This document shows positions 54,235 to 63,717 of a stretch of DNA of 64,000 nt, in pieces. Each line of letters begins with the position of its first letter. Position 1 is the stretch's first letter. Both the position numbers and the translations under genes were made by a program. The notes below the pieces were generated by a model that was not told the origin of the DNA, did no database searches, and saw only the letters and a program-made list of their open reading frames with translations. The stretch is from a virus. The stretch is from positions 1 through 64,000 of IMG/VR virus record IMGVR_UViG_3300027754_000047; one strand, 5' to 3'.

Positions 54235-55660
54235 CTAGGTCCTGATCTAAGCCCATTTCTTCTACATCTTGCTCAGTAAGCTCGTTAATAGGGGTATTGG
54301 TTAGTTTACTAAGTTTAGGCTTACATGCATCATATGCAAAAGTTTTAGAAACGCAACAAACAAGGTTAGGGCCTATAGCTATTTTTATAAAGTTAGGGTC
54401 TTGGTTGAGCGCAACCCCTGCGTTAATTATACCTATCCGGTTTTCTAAATCTGCTAGGGACATTAAGCCTAAGCTGTAACAAAGGGCAAGAGTCATATTA
54501 GATAAAGTAGCTCCTTCGCTGTCCCTCATATCTATGCTTTTAGAATCTAAATACACCTTTGTTGTATTCACCAGCAGTTTGTTATCAATTGGATTAAATT
54601 TTAAAAACTGACCGCTTTTGTCAAAACTAGGAGCTACTCCTAATAACAAGCACATCTTAGGGATTAGGTACACAGGGCTAGTGTGTAAAAGATCCAACTT
54701 CTTAACCTTGTAATCTATTGACCCCCACAAATTACAGTACGTGCCGTATTGTTGAGCTGCGTGAGTATCCGCAAAGAAAAGTTCTAGAACTTCCCTACAA
54801 CCAGCCAAAGCAGCTTGGCGATGCAAAATAGGAAATTTAAGGTCTATTTGCCTGGAAGCGTGGTGACTGGACTCTGTTCTATTTAGTAGCGATTTAAGGA
54901 CATGGTTAGCTATAGAAACCGCAGACTCTTGTATTTCAAACCAATGATGGTCCAAGGTGTAAGGCCAAATGGAGGTCTTTGAAGGCTTGCGCCATTTAAC
55001 CTCAACCCCTGGCTGGACATCCTTAGCAGATCTGCTTGCTTGAAAGCCAACGTGCCTGCTTACGTTTCTTGCTTGGTATGAACTTACTTGTGCGGCGTTT
55101 AAGTAGTTAAATGCCGTATCCACTCGGTCGGAGTAAGAGTAACGTACGTTTCCAGGCTTTTTATTATTACTGCCGTCCACAGACTGTAAGTCGTAACAAC
55201 TATTTGCTATTGCAGTTAGTAAGCTTTCATCTTGAGGTAAGTTTATGTAGCCCAGTAACCAAGCTTTCATGGCTTCTGTAAGCCGAACCTTCATTCCAGC
55301 AACCCCTCTAGTGCTTCTTGAGTTTCCGTTGTGTAGGTTTTTTCCGTGCGCCAACAACTTTAACATCTTTACTGTTTGGGGTAATAACTTTATTTGCCCC
55401 TTGAGCTCAGCTGCCGCCAAGGTAGTTGGATCTAAGATTACTAATCCGTTTAAATCTACCGGGATAGCTTGAGAAACTAAAACACAATTGTAGTAAGCCA
55501 ACACTCGGTTGTTTGCAACTATAGGTATAAATAACCCGTGGGTTTGACTTAAAAAGGGATTTGTACCTACTTGCGCCCACCAGGTATTAGGTTGGTTAAA
55601 GATCTGTTTAACGTATGGGGTGAACTTAAGTGCGGATTCAAAATCACAAAAATATTGCAT
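54203..55660 (-). CDS. Hypothetical protein (485 aa)
   Basis: Long ORF; no motif recognised. Confidence 0.65.
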   Translation of the reverse strand: MQYFCDFESALKFTPYVKQIFNQPNTWWAQVGTNPFLSQTHGLFIPIVANNRVLAYYNCVLVSQAIPVDLNGLVILDPTTLAAAELKGQIKLLPQTVKMLKLLAHGKNLHNGNSRSTRGVAGMKVRLTEAMKAWLLGYINLPQDESLLTAIANSCYDLQSVDGSNNKKPGNVRYSYSDRVDTAFNYLNAAQVSSYQARNVSRHVGFQASRSAKDVQPGVEVKWRKPSKTSIWPYTLDHHWFEIQESAVSIANHVLKSLLNRTESSHHASRQIDLKFPILHRQAALAGCREVLELFFADTHAAQQYGTYCNLWGSIDYKVKKLDLLHTSPVYLIPKMCLLLGVAPSFDKSGQFLKFNPIDNKLLVNTTKVYLDSKSIDMRDSEGATLSNMTLALCYSLGLMSLADLENRIGIINAGVALNQDPNFIKIAIGPNLVCCVSKTFAYDACKPKLSKLTNTPINELTEQDVEEMGLDQDLVDSLKQTATV

Positions 55661-55676
55661 ACCATTTACCTTTCTT

Positions 55677-55714
55677 GGTAGGGGTTAAGGGGACATTACC
55701 CCTTAACCCCTACC
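55677..55714 (-). terminator. Stem-loop, probable terminator
   Basis: GGTAGGGGTTAAGGGG/CCCCTTAACCCCTACC 16-bp stem. Confidence 0.6.
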
Positions 55715-55719
55715 GGCTG

Positions 55720-56955
55720 TTAGTCAACTTTTAAGGTGGTACCATAAGGAGCCACCACTGTACTGTTCATTACCCAAATTACATCGACATCCGGCTTAGC
55801 GCCGAAATCTCCGTACCCGTCGGTAAACATCACTACAACGTCTACATCTATTTTCTTATCTTTGATGTGTTGCATGACTGGAACAAAGGAGGTACCTCCA
55901 CCGCCTGTAACTGCTGGAATGGGTTCGTACGGCTTGACCCAGGTGGCCTTATGTACCGAATAGTCACACTCAATCAAATACAGATCCACCTTGTACAACC
56001 GTCGGATGGTATCCATTTCCGATATACCTGCTGCAATATCCTTGGGGCTCATAGATCCAGAAGTATCTATTGAGAATGCCAGTTTTGGCTTCTTTGCTCC
56101 AATACGACTAGTCAAGATAATGTCTTGGTAGAGGTAGCGTCTATTAGGTGGGGTAAAAGTGTGTCTATTACCTCGAGCTTGGCAAAAACGCTGCCGCAGG
56201 TAATAAGCCAAAACATCCTTCCAAGGAACCTTAGAAGTGTTAAGATTATCCACCATACGCTGCATAAATCCGGGGCAGTTACCAGCAAGTATACTTCTTG
56301 TAGCTGCTTCTAAGCCGGCTTCGGCCCATTCTTTTGCTCCTGCTGGAGCGTCTTCTGATCTTGGGCGCACGGCGACTCCTCCGTCGGTACCGTCGCTGCC
56401 ACCACAACCGCCTGAACTTCCTACCATGTCTCCTGCCTCGCCGTCAAAGGTTTTATATACTTTACCTTTACCTTGAGCCATTAGCCGATCGTATACTTCT
56501 TCAATGGTGATTTCTTCTGGTGTAACTATATTAAACTTTTGGGCTGTGCAGTAGTCTGTAAGGTCTAGTCTAATACCCTTATTAACAAAATGCCCATCTA
56601 GCATGTTATTGATTAAGATGTCCCCTGCAATGTTCCACACAAGTGGATCCCGGGCTCCTCTACGAGAAAAGTGCCCCAATAACAAATGCATTACTTCGTG
56701 GGCTAATACAAAATGCGTCATGCTTTCCGAGCAATTACTTATAAACTTTTCGTTGAAAGAAATGTCCCCTGCTGCATTTACGCAAGCCGTAGTGCAAGAG
56801 CTGTCGGCAGGAATTACCCGCATATTACATTTCTCTAACAAGAAAGCCCAGAACGGAAACTCTTGGTACATCTTGAACATGGTTTTGGTTAACTGCTTTT
56901 TAACCTGTTCTATGTTTACAGTAAGCTGAGTAGGTGTAACTGCGCCTGTTGTCAT
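55720..56955 (-). CDS. HExxH metallopeptidase-like plus VWA domain protein (DUF2201 type)
   Basis: LAHEVMH; MIDAS DTSGS, GGGGTSF and FTDG. Confidence 0.88.
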   Translation of the reverse strand: MTTGAVTPTQLTVNIEQVKKQLTKTMFKMYQEFPFWAFLLEKCNMRVIPADSSCTTACVNAAGDISFNEKFISNCSESMTHFVLAHEVMHLLLGHFSRRGARDPLVWNIAGDILINNMLDGHFVNKGIRLDLTDYCTAQKFNIVTPEEITIEEVYDRLMAQGKGKVYKTFDGEAGDMVGSSGGCGGSDGTDGGVAVRPRSEDAPAGAKEWAEAGLEAATRSILAGNCPGFMQRMVDNLNTSKVPWKDVLAYYLRQRFCQARGNRHTFTPPNRRYLYQDIILTSRIGAKKPKLAFSIDTSGSMSPKDIAAGISEMDTIRRLYKVDLYLIECDYSVHKATWVKPYEPIPAVTGGGGTSFVPVMQHIKDKKIDVDVVVMFTDGYGDFGAKPDVDVIWVMNSTVVAPYGTTLKVD

Positions 56956-57977
56956 TAAAGTACCTCAAATGGGGCCAACAAAGCTTTGTGCTTAGTGAGC
57001 CATTCTTTTGCTTCTGCTGATCGCATAACAGCCAGCATATATTTTTCATTTTGCTGGGAAAGTAGGCCTCCAAAGTACAACGAAGAAATCTCTGGGCGAA
57101 TGCTTAGCATAACTTTTGCCGCCTTACCGATTAAGGCAGGAGATTTAATAGCTCGGAAAAGCAAGTTAGACACCACTGCGTAGGTAAGCGATAGTTTATT
57201 CGGTCCATCTTCATACGTGGCAGTGCCGTCCAAAAGCTTATCAATGTCTGGGAGCAGCTTAACCTCATTGCAGTATTGCATAAACCAATTGGATGCACCT
57301 TTGCCCACAGCTCCTTCTATTGCAGCTCTGTCCATGATTCCATGCTTGAGCAACCGAGACACCATTGTCCAACCTCTAGGAGTAGGAAAATTGCCATACT
57401 CGTCTGTTGGGTCTGAGTAAAGGTGTTGCCCGGTGGTGCTGGCCATAAAGCCCAGTACGTGCTCATGGATGTCGTGGCCAATTGCCCAGTTACGCCATTG
57501 ATCAAATTCTGCATTCATTTCTAAGATAACAAAGCGGTTACGCAACGGAGCACTCAGCGGATTAACGTGAGCTTTGTGGCCGGACTTGTTACCACAAGCC
57601 ACGATCCACCAACCATCCCCTAGCTTATGTGGCCCGCAGCGACGGTCCAGGATGAATTGCAATGCTGCATTTTGAACAGACGGATCTGCCGTATTCAACT
57701 CGTCAAAAAGGATAATTCCCTTGCCGTCCTTAGGCAAGAAGTCAGGCTTAGCCCACTCAACGTTAAACTCTGAGCCATCTCCCTTGCGGTTGATAACAGG
57801 TAAGCCTCGCATATCAACAGGCTCTAACATGCTTAAGCGCACGTCTTTTACCTCGTCGCCACCTGCGACTTGTTTAATGATCTCGGATTTTCCAATCCCG
57901 GGGCCGCCAAATATTAAAAGCGGAATATTTGCTGTGCGGTATTCTTTAAGGGTTTCGATGTAATTCTTAGTAGCCAT
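56955..57977 (-). CDS. MoxR-like AAA+ ATPase
   Basis: GGPGIGKS, ILFDELN, ACGN, PLRNRF and TPRGW; paired with the VWA gene. Confidence 0.88.
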   Translation of the reverse strand: MATKNYIETLKEYRTANIPLLIFGGPGIGKSEIIKQVAGGDEVKDVRLSMLEPVDMRGLPVINRKGDGSEFNVEWAKPDFLPKDGKGIILFDELNTADPSVQNAALQFILDRRCGPHKLGDGWWIVACGNKSGHKAHVNPLSAPLRNRFVILEMNAEFDQWRNWAIGHDIHEHVLGFMASTTGQHLYSDPTDEYGNFPTPRGWTMVSRLLKHGIMDRAAIEGAVGKGASNWFMQYCNEVKLLPDIDKLLDGTATYEDGPNKLSLTYAVVSNLLFRAIKSPALIGKAAKVMLSIRPEISSLYFGGLLSQQNEKYMLAVMRSAEAKEWLTKHKALLAPFEVL

Positions 57978-58002
57978 AGTAAAATCAAAATCATTTCTTT
58001 AG

Positions 58003-58257
58003 TTAGTTAGTGTCCGGATAGTATGCAATATGGGATTGAGGAGTCCAAGCGCTAACGGGAATTACGTCGCCTTGAATGCACAAAAAGAAACAGTTGGCTG
58101 AATTGCCTTTCTTGCCTTCGTACAACAATACGAAGGCCTTTACCGCATCTATAGATTCAAAATCTATTACTTCAGGGGCATCGGCAGAGTCCGATATCTT
58201 GATCAGCTTATATGGGGTATTAATTGGAGCTGTAATTGGAGTTTTTTCTTTAGCCAT
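58003..58257 (-). CDS. Hypothetical protein
   Basis: ORF in operon order. Confidence 0.55.
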   Translation of the reverse strand: MAKEKTPITAPINTPYKLIKISDSADAPEVIDFESIDAVKAFVLLYEGKKGNSANCFFLCIQGDVIPVSAWTPQSHIAYYPDTN

Positions 58258-58699
58258 TGGAGCCTACCTCTTCAAGTTCAGGTTCCAAGGGCACACCTGC
58301 AACTTCAGCCAATATGAACTCACAGGAATTTAGGTAGCTGTTGGTATGAGCAACTTGACTCAAGAGTTGACTGATAGGACTAGGGTTTCGTGTGTTGTTA
58401 TAGGCTTGCAGTTCCAGGAATTGTTTGCCTATTTCGTCTTTTAACTCTATACCGGTGGTTGAGTCGTGCTTGCCATACTTGTACGCATTGGCGTGAAAGA
58501 AGCTTGGCTCCATTACTGCCATGCCAAATAGATTAGTTATGCGGTTTATGTGGTTTAAGTTTATGTCTGTATTTGATCCTGCAATTATCCGCTCAAAGGT
58601 ACCGGGATCTATTACAAATATCCTCATTAATTCTGGTTCACTAAAGACTCTTGTTGCTACAAGGCAACGTATAAAACTACTACAATAGGCCGTAATCAT
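58250..58699 (-). CDS. Hypothetical protein with a possible N-terminal HTH
   Basis: FSEPELMRIFVIDPGTFERIIAG resembles an XRE-type helix-turn-helix. Confidence 0.5.
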   Translation of the reverse strand: MITAYCSSFIRCLVATRVFSEPELMRIFVIDPGTFERIIAGSNTDINLNHINRITNLFGMAVMEPSFFHANAYKYGKHDSTTGIELKDEIGKQFLELQAYNNTRNPSPISQLLSQVAHTNSYLNSCEFILAEVAGVPLEPELEEVGSNG

Positions 58700-58796
58700 G
58701 GTTGCTCCGTTTAATTACTAAATTTATTACTTAAGTTTGATACATAAAGTAGGGGCCCCCATGGGGGCCCCTTATGTTTATCAAAGGCAAGACCTT

Positions 58797-59954
58797 TTAC
58801 AGTCCGCCACGTAGCCCCGGGTGAGTGTCCTTTACCTTTAGCGACTTTGGAAAGTTCCAATCAGAGCTGCCACTGCCACCCGCAGCTTTAGGCTCTACCA
58901 AAACCGACTCTTGCCTCTGAGTCGGTTTTGGTGTACTTTCTACGCTAGAGATATGGGTACCCAAAGAGTCCATAGCTGCCCATGCCGATGAGTCTGAATG
59001 AAAGCTGTCCACTGCCCTCGCGGCAATGAACACATCATATGGAGGAACTTGCAAGACTGCCTCCATATTATTCGGACTAATCGCCCAAGAGGGCGCTAAC
59101 GGCGTAGGTGTGCTACGCTTTTTCATGACGTACTTGACCGCTGCTGCCACTCCCAGCATTCCCGTAGGATCTGCAGCAATCTCCTGCTGCAGTGCTCGGA
59201 ATCGGGCGGGATTATCTTGATAGATGATTTCATACATGGCTTCCTCGCAACAACCCATTGTGCGATAAGCCCTTAACACATGCATCCCTGTTGCCTTTGC
59301 AGTCATCTCTTTGAATCTGCGAAACGCTATCGTGCCGCTAGGGCCATTGCCCGTTACCATGGCAAGCATCAACTTTGACCCCCAGCTGTCAAAGTCTGGA
59401 TCAACTTCAAACGGCACCCACACAACGGGTTCGTTTAACTGAAACGAACCGTAATCTTTTACAAGTGCAATTTTATGGAATCGATGAACTGCCGCTTGCA
59501 TAGGCGTAAGATTTTTGTTGATGTACCATACCTCGGCAAAACTTTTTGGCGCACTCTCGGCCATCATTTCCAAGTCTAACGAAGTTATCAACGCTCCGCG
59601 ATAGTGCCAGCTACCGCCTTGAAAAGCACTAATTTCAAGCTCTTCTTTTGCCGGCTTCCACGTTGTGTGGAATCCTTTATTACTATCGGGCACCAACGTG
59701 AGTTGGTGGTTTTCTACTACCCTCTGGTCGTCCGAGCCGTACAGCAGGGTAGAAACCATCAGATCCAGCTGACCAAAGGTTAGCCCGTAGTGTGGACGTT
59801 TATCTCCTTTAAGTTGATTGAGGCCTCCATAGCCCCTAGTTTTTATCGTCCTTGTACTCGTTATCGGCATCCATGCTCTCCTAATTGAAAAACCCAGTAT
59901 CCATGGGATGGTACTGGGTGCTGTTGTGGACCCTGTTTCCATATGTACGTACAT
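58797..59954 (-). CDS. Hypothetical protein (385 aa)
   Basis: Long ORF between the promoter at 59973-60001 and a hairpin at 58751-58772. Confidence 0.65.
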   Translation of the reverse strand: MYVHMETGSTTAPSTIPWILGFSIRRAWMPITSTRTIKTRGYGGLNQLKGDKRPHYGLTFGQLDLMVSTLLYGSDDQRVVENHQLTLVPDSNKGFHTTWKPAKEELEISAFQGGSWHYRGALITSLDLEMMAESAPKSFAEVWYINKNLTPMQAAVHRFHKIALVKDYGSFQLNEPVVWVPFEVDPDFDSWGSKLMLAMVTGNGPSGTIAFRRFKEMTAKATGMHVLRAYRTMGCCEEAMYEIIYQDNPARFRALQQEIAADPTGMLGVAAAVKYVMKKRSTPTPLAPSWAISPNNMEAVLQVPPYDVFIAARAVDSFHSDSSAWAAMDSLGTHISSVESTPKPTQRQESVLVEPKAAGGSGSSDWNFPKSLKVKDTHPGLRGGL

Positions 59955-59972
59955 ATTGAAATACCACTAAGT

Positions 59973-60001
59973 ATGTTAACGCAGGTATGCGGCTTATTTA
60001 G
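59973..60001 (-). promoter_or_regulatory. Phage promoter motif CTAAAT-N17-TAACAT
   Basis: Motif match upstream of the 385-aa gene. Confidence 0.55.
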
Positions 60002-60252
60002 CTGCTATCTATGTCCAGTTTTCGGCGTTCGCCCAGGTCTTCAAGGGTCAATTTGCCGTTGTCGGTTACCTTTAAGCGGTAGTAGCCTAAAAGTTTTCCT
60101 TTATTAGTAGTGGTACTAAGGACCAAAGCCAAAGCGTTACGGGCTTTACCGTAAAAAGCAGGCTCAACGGTAATAATGGCACCTCCTTCCCCTTGCGGGG
60201 AAAAGGAGGTGACAGCTTCCATAGGATCAGGTTCGTGTACTAATACTCTCAT
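59998..60252 (-). CDS. Hypothetical protein
   Basis: Coupled ORF. Confidence 0.6.
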   Translation of the reverse strand: MRVLVHEPDPMEAVTSFSPQGEGGAIITVEPAFYGKARNALALVLSTTTNKGKLLGYYRLKVTDNGKLTLEDLGERRKLDIDSS

Positions 60253-60899
60253 GAATTAGCCCTCATTTGTTTAAATAAGGCTAAAGCTTCCCCTGAGCCT
60301 GGGCCATTTTTAGCCACGTAGGTGCAGTGAAACGGAGGGCCGTTCTTAGTGTTTAAATACAACCTACCTGCAGGATTAGATGGTAGAAAAAAGGAGATAG
60401 TGATGAAGTCCTTTATTCCTACCAACTGCCTAAGCTGCAGTTTTACGGGATCTCGGACTAAAATAGCTTCTTCTTCACAGCCGTATAGAATCTTATTGCC
60501 TTCTTTATCTGTAGCCATCCATTTAGCGTTGTTTAGCCAACTACTAAAGCCTGCCCATTGATCGTGGGGTACTCCTTGTAAGTAACGACTCCAACCCGGT
60601 TCTGGTGGAATAAAGCCTTCAGGAGCTTCTACGTCTTCTATAAGCAAAGAACTAGGCAGTTCAAAATTAACAACGTCTAAAGGCAAGTTGAACTCACTAG
60701 CGTAAAGTTCAAACAGGTTAATAGGGATCCGTAAATACATATGCATAGTATTTACAAAAGCAAAGTGATACTGAACTTGATACGACATTAAGTCTGTATC
60801 AAGGCGTATGGTAGTTTCTTTAATTAAATCGCCACCCCTAGGGGTGATAATTTTCGTAGGTTGAAACAGCCTTAGTTTTGTAGGATCTGCAGATTCCAT
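60249..60899 (-). CDS. Hypothetical protein
   Basis: ORF in operon order. Confidence 0.6.
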   Translation of the reverse strand: MESADPTKLRLFQPTKIITPRGGDLIKETTIRLDTDLMSYQVQYHFAFVNTMHMYLRIPINLFELYASEFNLPLDVVNFELPSSLLIEDVEAPEGFIPPEPGWSRYLQGVPHDQWAGFSSWLNNAKWMATDKEGNKILYGCEEEAILVRDPVKLQLRQLVGIKDFITISFFLPSNPAGRLYLNTKNGPPFHCTYVAKNGPGSGEALALFKQMRANS

Positions 60900-60906
60900 A
60901 AGTACC

Positions 60907-61263
60907 TCATTCTACTCCCAGGCTAGGAGTGCTGCTGCCGCTCTTTGCAGCAGCTGCCATAGCTGCTGGGGCTTCCGCTTCTGCTGCTGCTGCTTCTGCT
61001 TCTGCTTCTTGCTGAGCCTTAAGCAAGATTAATTGAATGTTGTTATGAATAACTCGTAAAGAGCCTAAAGTATCCGATGCGTCTTCGCCGTTAAGAATAA
61101 AGCCTTGACTGCTGTCGTGGACAATTCCGGTAATGGTGCGCACCTTAGTGGTAATCTTCACCTCCAACAAATCGCTGCCCCCATTAGGGTTAGGGAGTCG
61201 GGTAAATGTTGTGCTTTCGTTGAGCAGGGCGATCTTTGGGGGGGTTTGTTGCGTTTGGGTCAT
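60907..61263 (-). CDS. Hypothetical protein with an A/E-rich tail
   Basis: ORF in operon order. Confidence 0.6.
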   Translation of the reverse strand: MTQTQQTPPKIALLNESTTFTRLPNPNGGSDLLEVKITTKVRTITGIVHDSSQGFILNGEDASDTLGSLRVIHNNIQLILLKAQQEAEAEAAAAEAEAPAAMAAAAKSGSSTPSLGVE

Positions 61264-61828
61264 AACCTTTTAATTCCTTGTAACTTGGAGTAAATCTTGC
61301 CGCCATATACACAGATAAGGCGTCATACACGTGTTCGTTTAAGCCTGCGAGTTCTTGGCCTCGTTTGCCCTTTATCCATCCTGTGAAGTCCGGGAATACT
61401 AATTTTACAGCATCTCGGACTTCATGCTTAGTAGCTAGTTTATTACCGGTTGCAGCGGCCTTCGCCTCAAAAGGGGTAACTAGTGTAGCCTTTATGTTTA
61501 AGCCTTGTAAGCAAGCACAAGCGGCCCCTCTTGCCACTGCCATACTTCTTGCAGCGCTGGCGGACTTAGATCCGCCAGTAGGGCATTCTATAAATATATG
61601 TGCCGGTTGGTGAAGCCTAACGGCATCAGCTATACCTACGGTTAGTTCGGTAGTGCGCCGCCATTCATCTGCAGATACCTTGATCCGACTGCTTTTAGCT
61701 TTTTCTGTGTGAATGGTATGGACGTGTAATAATTCGTCCACTCCTCCTGGATTAATACGAAGTACAGCAATACCTGTATTGGCTAAGGCTAGATCAAGGC
61801 ATACCACAATGGAAGGGCTTAATTGCAT
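61190..61828 (-). CDS. ruvC: RuvC-like Holliday junction resolvase
   Basis: CLDLALANTGIA, IFIEC, VTPFEAK...G...ATK.EV and HVYDAL. Confidence 0.82.
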   Translation of the reverse strand: MQLSPSIVVCLDLALANTGIAVLRINPGGVDELLHVHTIHTEKAKSSRIKVSADEWRRTTELTVGIADAVRLHQPAHIFIECPTGGSKSASAARSMAVARGAACACLQGLNIKATLVTPFEAKAAATGNKLATKHEVRDAVKLVFPDFTGWIKGKRGQELAGLNEHVYDALSVYMAARFTPSYKELKGYDPNATNPPKDRPAQRKHNIYPTP

Positions 61829-62299
61829 TTACTTATTGTTGTCGTCTTCAGCTTCGTTGTCAAGTTTGAAGTCAGTGTCTTTGAAAGGATTTATGTTGTT
61901 ATTAGGATCCGCTAAGAAAAACTTACTCATAATATCCTTGAAGTCACCTTTCTCTTTATCGTTAAGAGTAACTGTGTTCCAAGCAGCCGGACCGTATGGG
62001 CCAAAGAAATGAATCGGATTTGTTGTTTGAATCTTAATGGTCTTTTCTTCAACCGGAGGCACTAAAATCCTGGCAAACTCCATTAAGGCCAAAGGATGCA
62101 CCGCCCCGTACAGTACCGATGGAATTAAAGACACCCATTCTTCCATTTCATTTAACTCAAATCCCACATACACCTTAGTAGGACCTAGTTGTTTTACATT
62201 TAGAATAACGCCGAGGATGCCCTCTTCGTTAATAGCAAGTTTATGCTTTACCAGCTCGTCAGTTAGTTCGCCGGCTAGGTAGTACTTAGGTTGAGTCAT
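61829..62299 (-). CDS. Hypothetical protein
   Basis: Coupled ORF. Confidence 0.6.
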   Translation of the reverse strand: MTQPKYYLAGELTDELVKHKLAINEEGILGVILNVKQLGPTKVYVGFELNEMEEWVSLIPSVLYGAVHPLALMEFARILVPPVEEKTIKIQTTNPIHFFGPYGPAAWNTVTLNDKEKGDFKDIMSKFFLADPNNNINPFKDTDFKLDNEAEDDNNK

Positions 62300-62799
62300 G
62301 TTAGTCCTTTGTGTAAAGTTCTAAGTGCTGTTTCTGCAGCAGTGTTAATAGGTGAATCCATGTATTGCTTTATGTTGCTAATACGAGCGGTGGCTGCTTG
62401 ATGCCAAATACGCAACAACACGTCTGCTAGGTTCTTTAAGACCCACGTGCGAGCTTGCCAAGAAAGACTTACAAAGCCAGAAGCTAAATAGGCTTCTTCG
62501 ATATGAATGTGGCTAAGGCCGTCCCGAGACAAGATATAGCGTAAGGCAGTTACTGCTCGAGCCATCTCTTCTTCTGAAATGTTGAGGGTCTTAGTAGCTA
62601 CCTCAGTATCCATGGTTTGAATCAACGTACACATACCTACAAACGCCCCAGGAACACAGTTAAGAATGTCGTGCTCTGGTACATATGAATCGTTTACTGT
62701 CCTGGACCCTATCGGATTGATGGACAACATATTCCTAGGGTCAAACGGCAGCGGAACATTAACTGGTACCGCTAAACTTCTTCGAAAATCTTCTGACAT
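62296..62799 (-). CDS. Hypothetical protein
   Basis: Coupled ORF. Confidence 0.6.
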   Translation of the reverse strand: MSEDFRRSLAVPVNVPLPFDPRNMLSINPIGSRTVNDSYVPEHDILNCVPGAFVGMCTLIQTMDTEVATKTLNISEEEMARAVTALRYILSRDGLSHIHIEEAYLASGFVSLSWQARTWVLKNLADVLLRIWHQAATARISNIKQYMDSPINTAAETALRTLHKGLT

Positions 62800-63701
62800 A
62801 AGTTTTTACCTCTAATGGTTAGTTCTGTGACTAAGGTTTTCATATCCCTACACGCTGCTACAGGGCGTGTAGCTCTGTAGCATTCATCATAGCCAAGTTT
62901 ACACTCTTGACAAGTTGTTGGTAAATTTCTTACACAAGGTTGCATACGTTCTAGCATTAGCTTCTTGTTGTATTGCTTTTGCTTAGGACTCGTCTTAAGC
63001 CAACTTACCAGTTCTGAGTCTACGTTATTTATGATTCTTTTGTATTTAGCGCCAGCTTCATAAGAGTAGCCAGGCCTATCGGCGCTAAGGTATACCGTTA
63101 CTTGGCACTGAACGCAACTTCTAATATCTGTTAAACCTTTAATACGCTTGTCTGCTCCCTTACGGGTAGTTCCTAGTATTCTAGATATTCGGCGTAGCCC
63201 TGCTAACGGCATTAAAACGTATACGACAAACCCAGCTGCAGGTCCATCGCTTAATTTTACCTTAGCGTACATGTCTTGGGTGCTGTTATCTCTAACTATG
63301 GCTAGTACAACACCAGGCATCCAACCTAGTTGCTCAGCCCTATTGTTAAATAAACTTACAGCTTGTTGAGTTACTAGCCGTTTATTGCCGGCAATTTGCC
63401 AGGCTAATAGATCTAAAGTTTTTACGTCCATTAAACAAAATAAGAAGTCTTGAGCTAAAGGGCGGACTAGGCTAGTGTCACATTCTAGTACTTCTGCTGC
63501 AACTCTGGTTACAGCCGCTGCAGTACTGGGAGTGATTATTGTTTGATTATACGGTCGGAGCAATCTAAACGCATGTTGGTACAACTCGTAAGCCTTAACG
63601 GGCTGATTGTACCTAGGGGTCTTAGGCGCCTTCCAATTGTCCGCTGTTATGGCTTTACGAGCCGGCCTATTACAGGCTAATACGGTTTTCTGCGGAGGCA
63701 T
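62772..63701 (-). CDS. Hypothetical protein with a C-terminal Cys cluster
   Basis: C..CQECKLGYDEC. Confidence 0.6.
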   Translation of the reverse strand: MPPQKTVLACNRPARKAITADNWKAPKTPRYNQPVKAYELYQHAFRLLRPYNQTIITPSTAAAVTRVAAEVLECDTSLVRPLAQDFLFCLMDVKTLDLLAWQIAGNKRLVTQQAVSLFNNRAEQLGWMPGVVLAIVRDNSTQDMYAKVKLSDGPAAGFVVYVLMPLAGLRRISRILGTTRKGADKRIKGLTDIRSCVQCQVTVYLSADRPGYSYEAGAKYKRIINNVDSELVSWLKTSPKQKQYNKKLMLERMQPCVRNLPTTCQECKLGYDECYRATRPVAACRDMKTLVTELTIRGKNLCQKIFEEV

Positions 63702-63717
63702 AAGGGCCCTTGCGGGT

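Noticed and set aside
55720-57977. MoxR AAA plus VWA/peptidase pair as a novel system
   Set aside because: A well-known gene pair common in large phages and bacteria.
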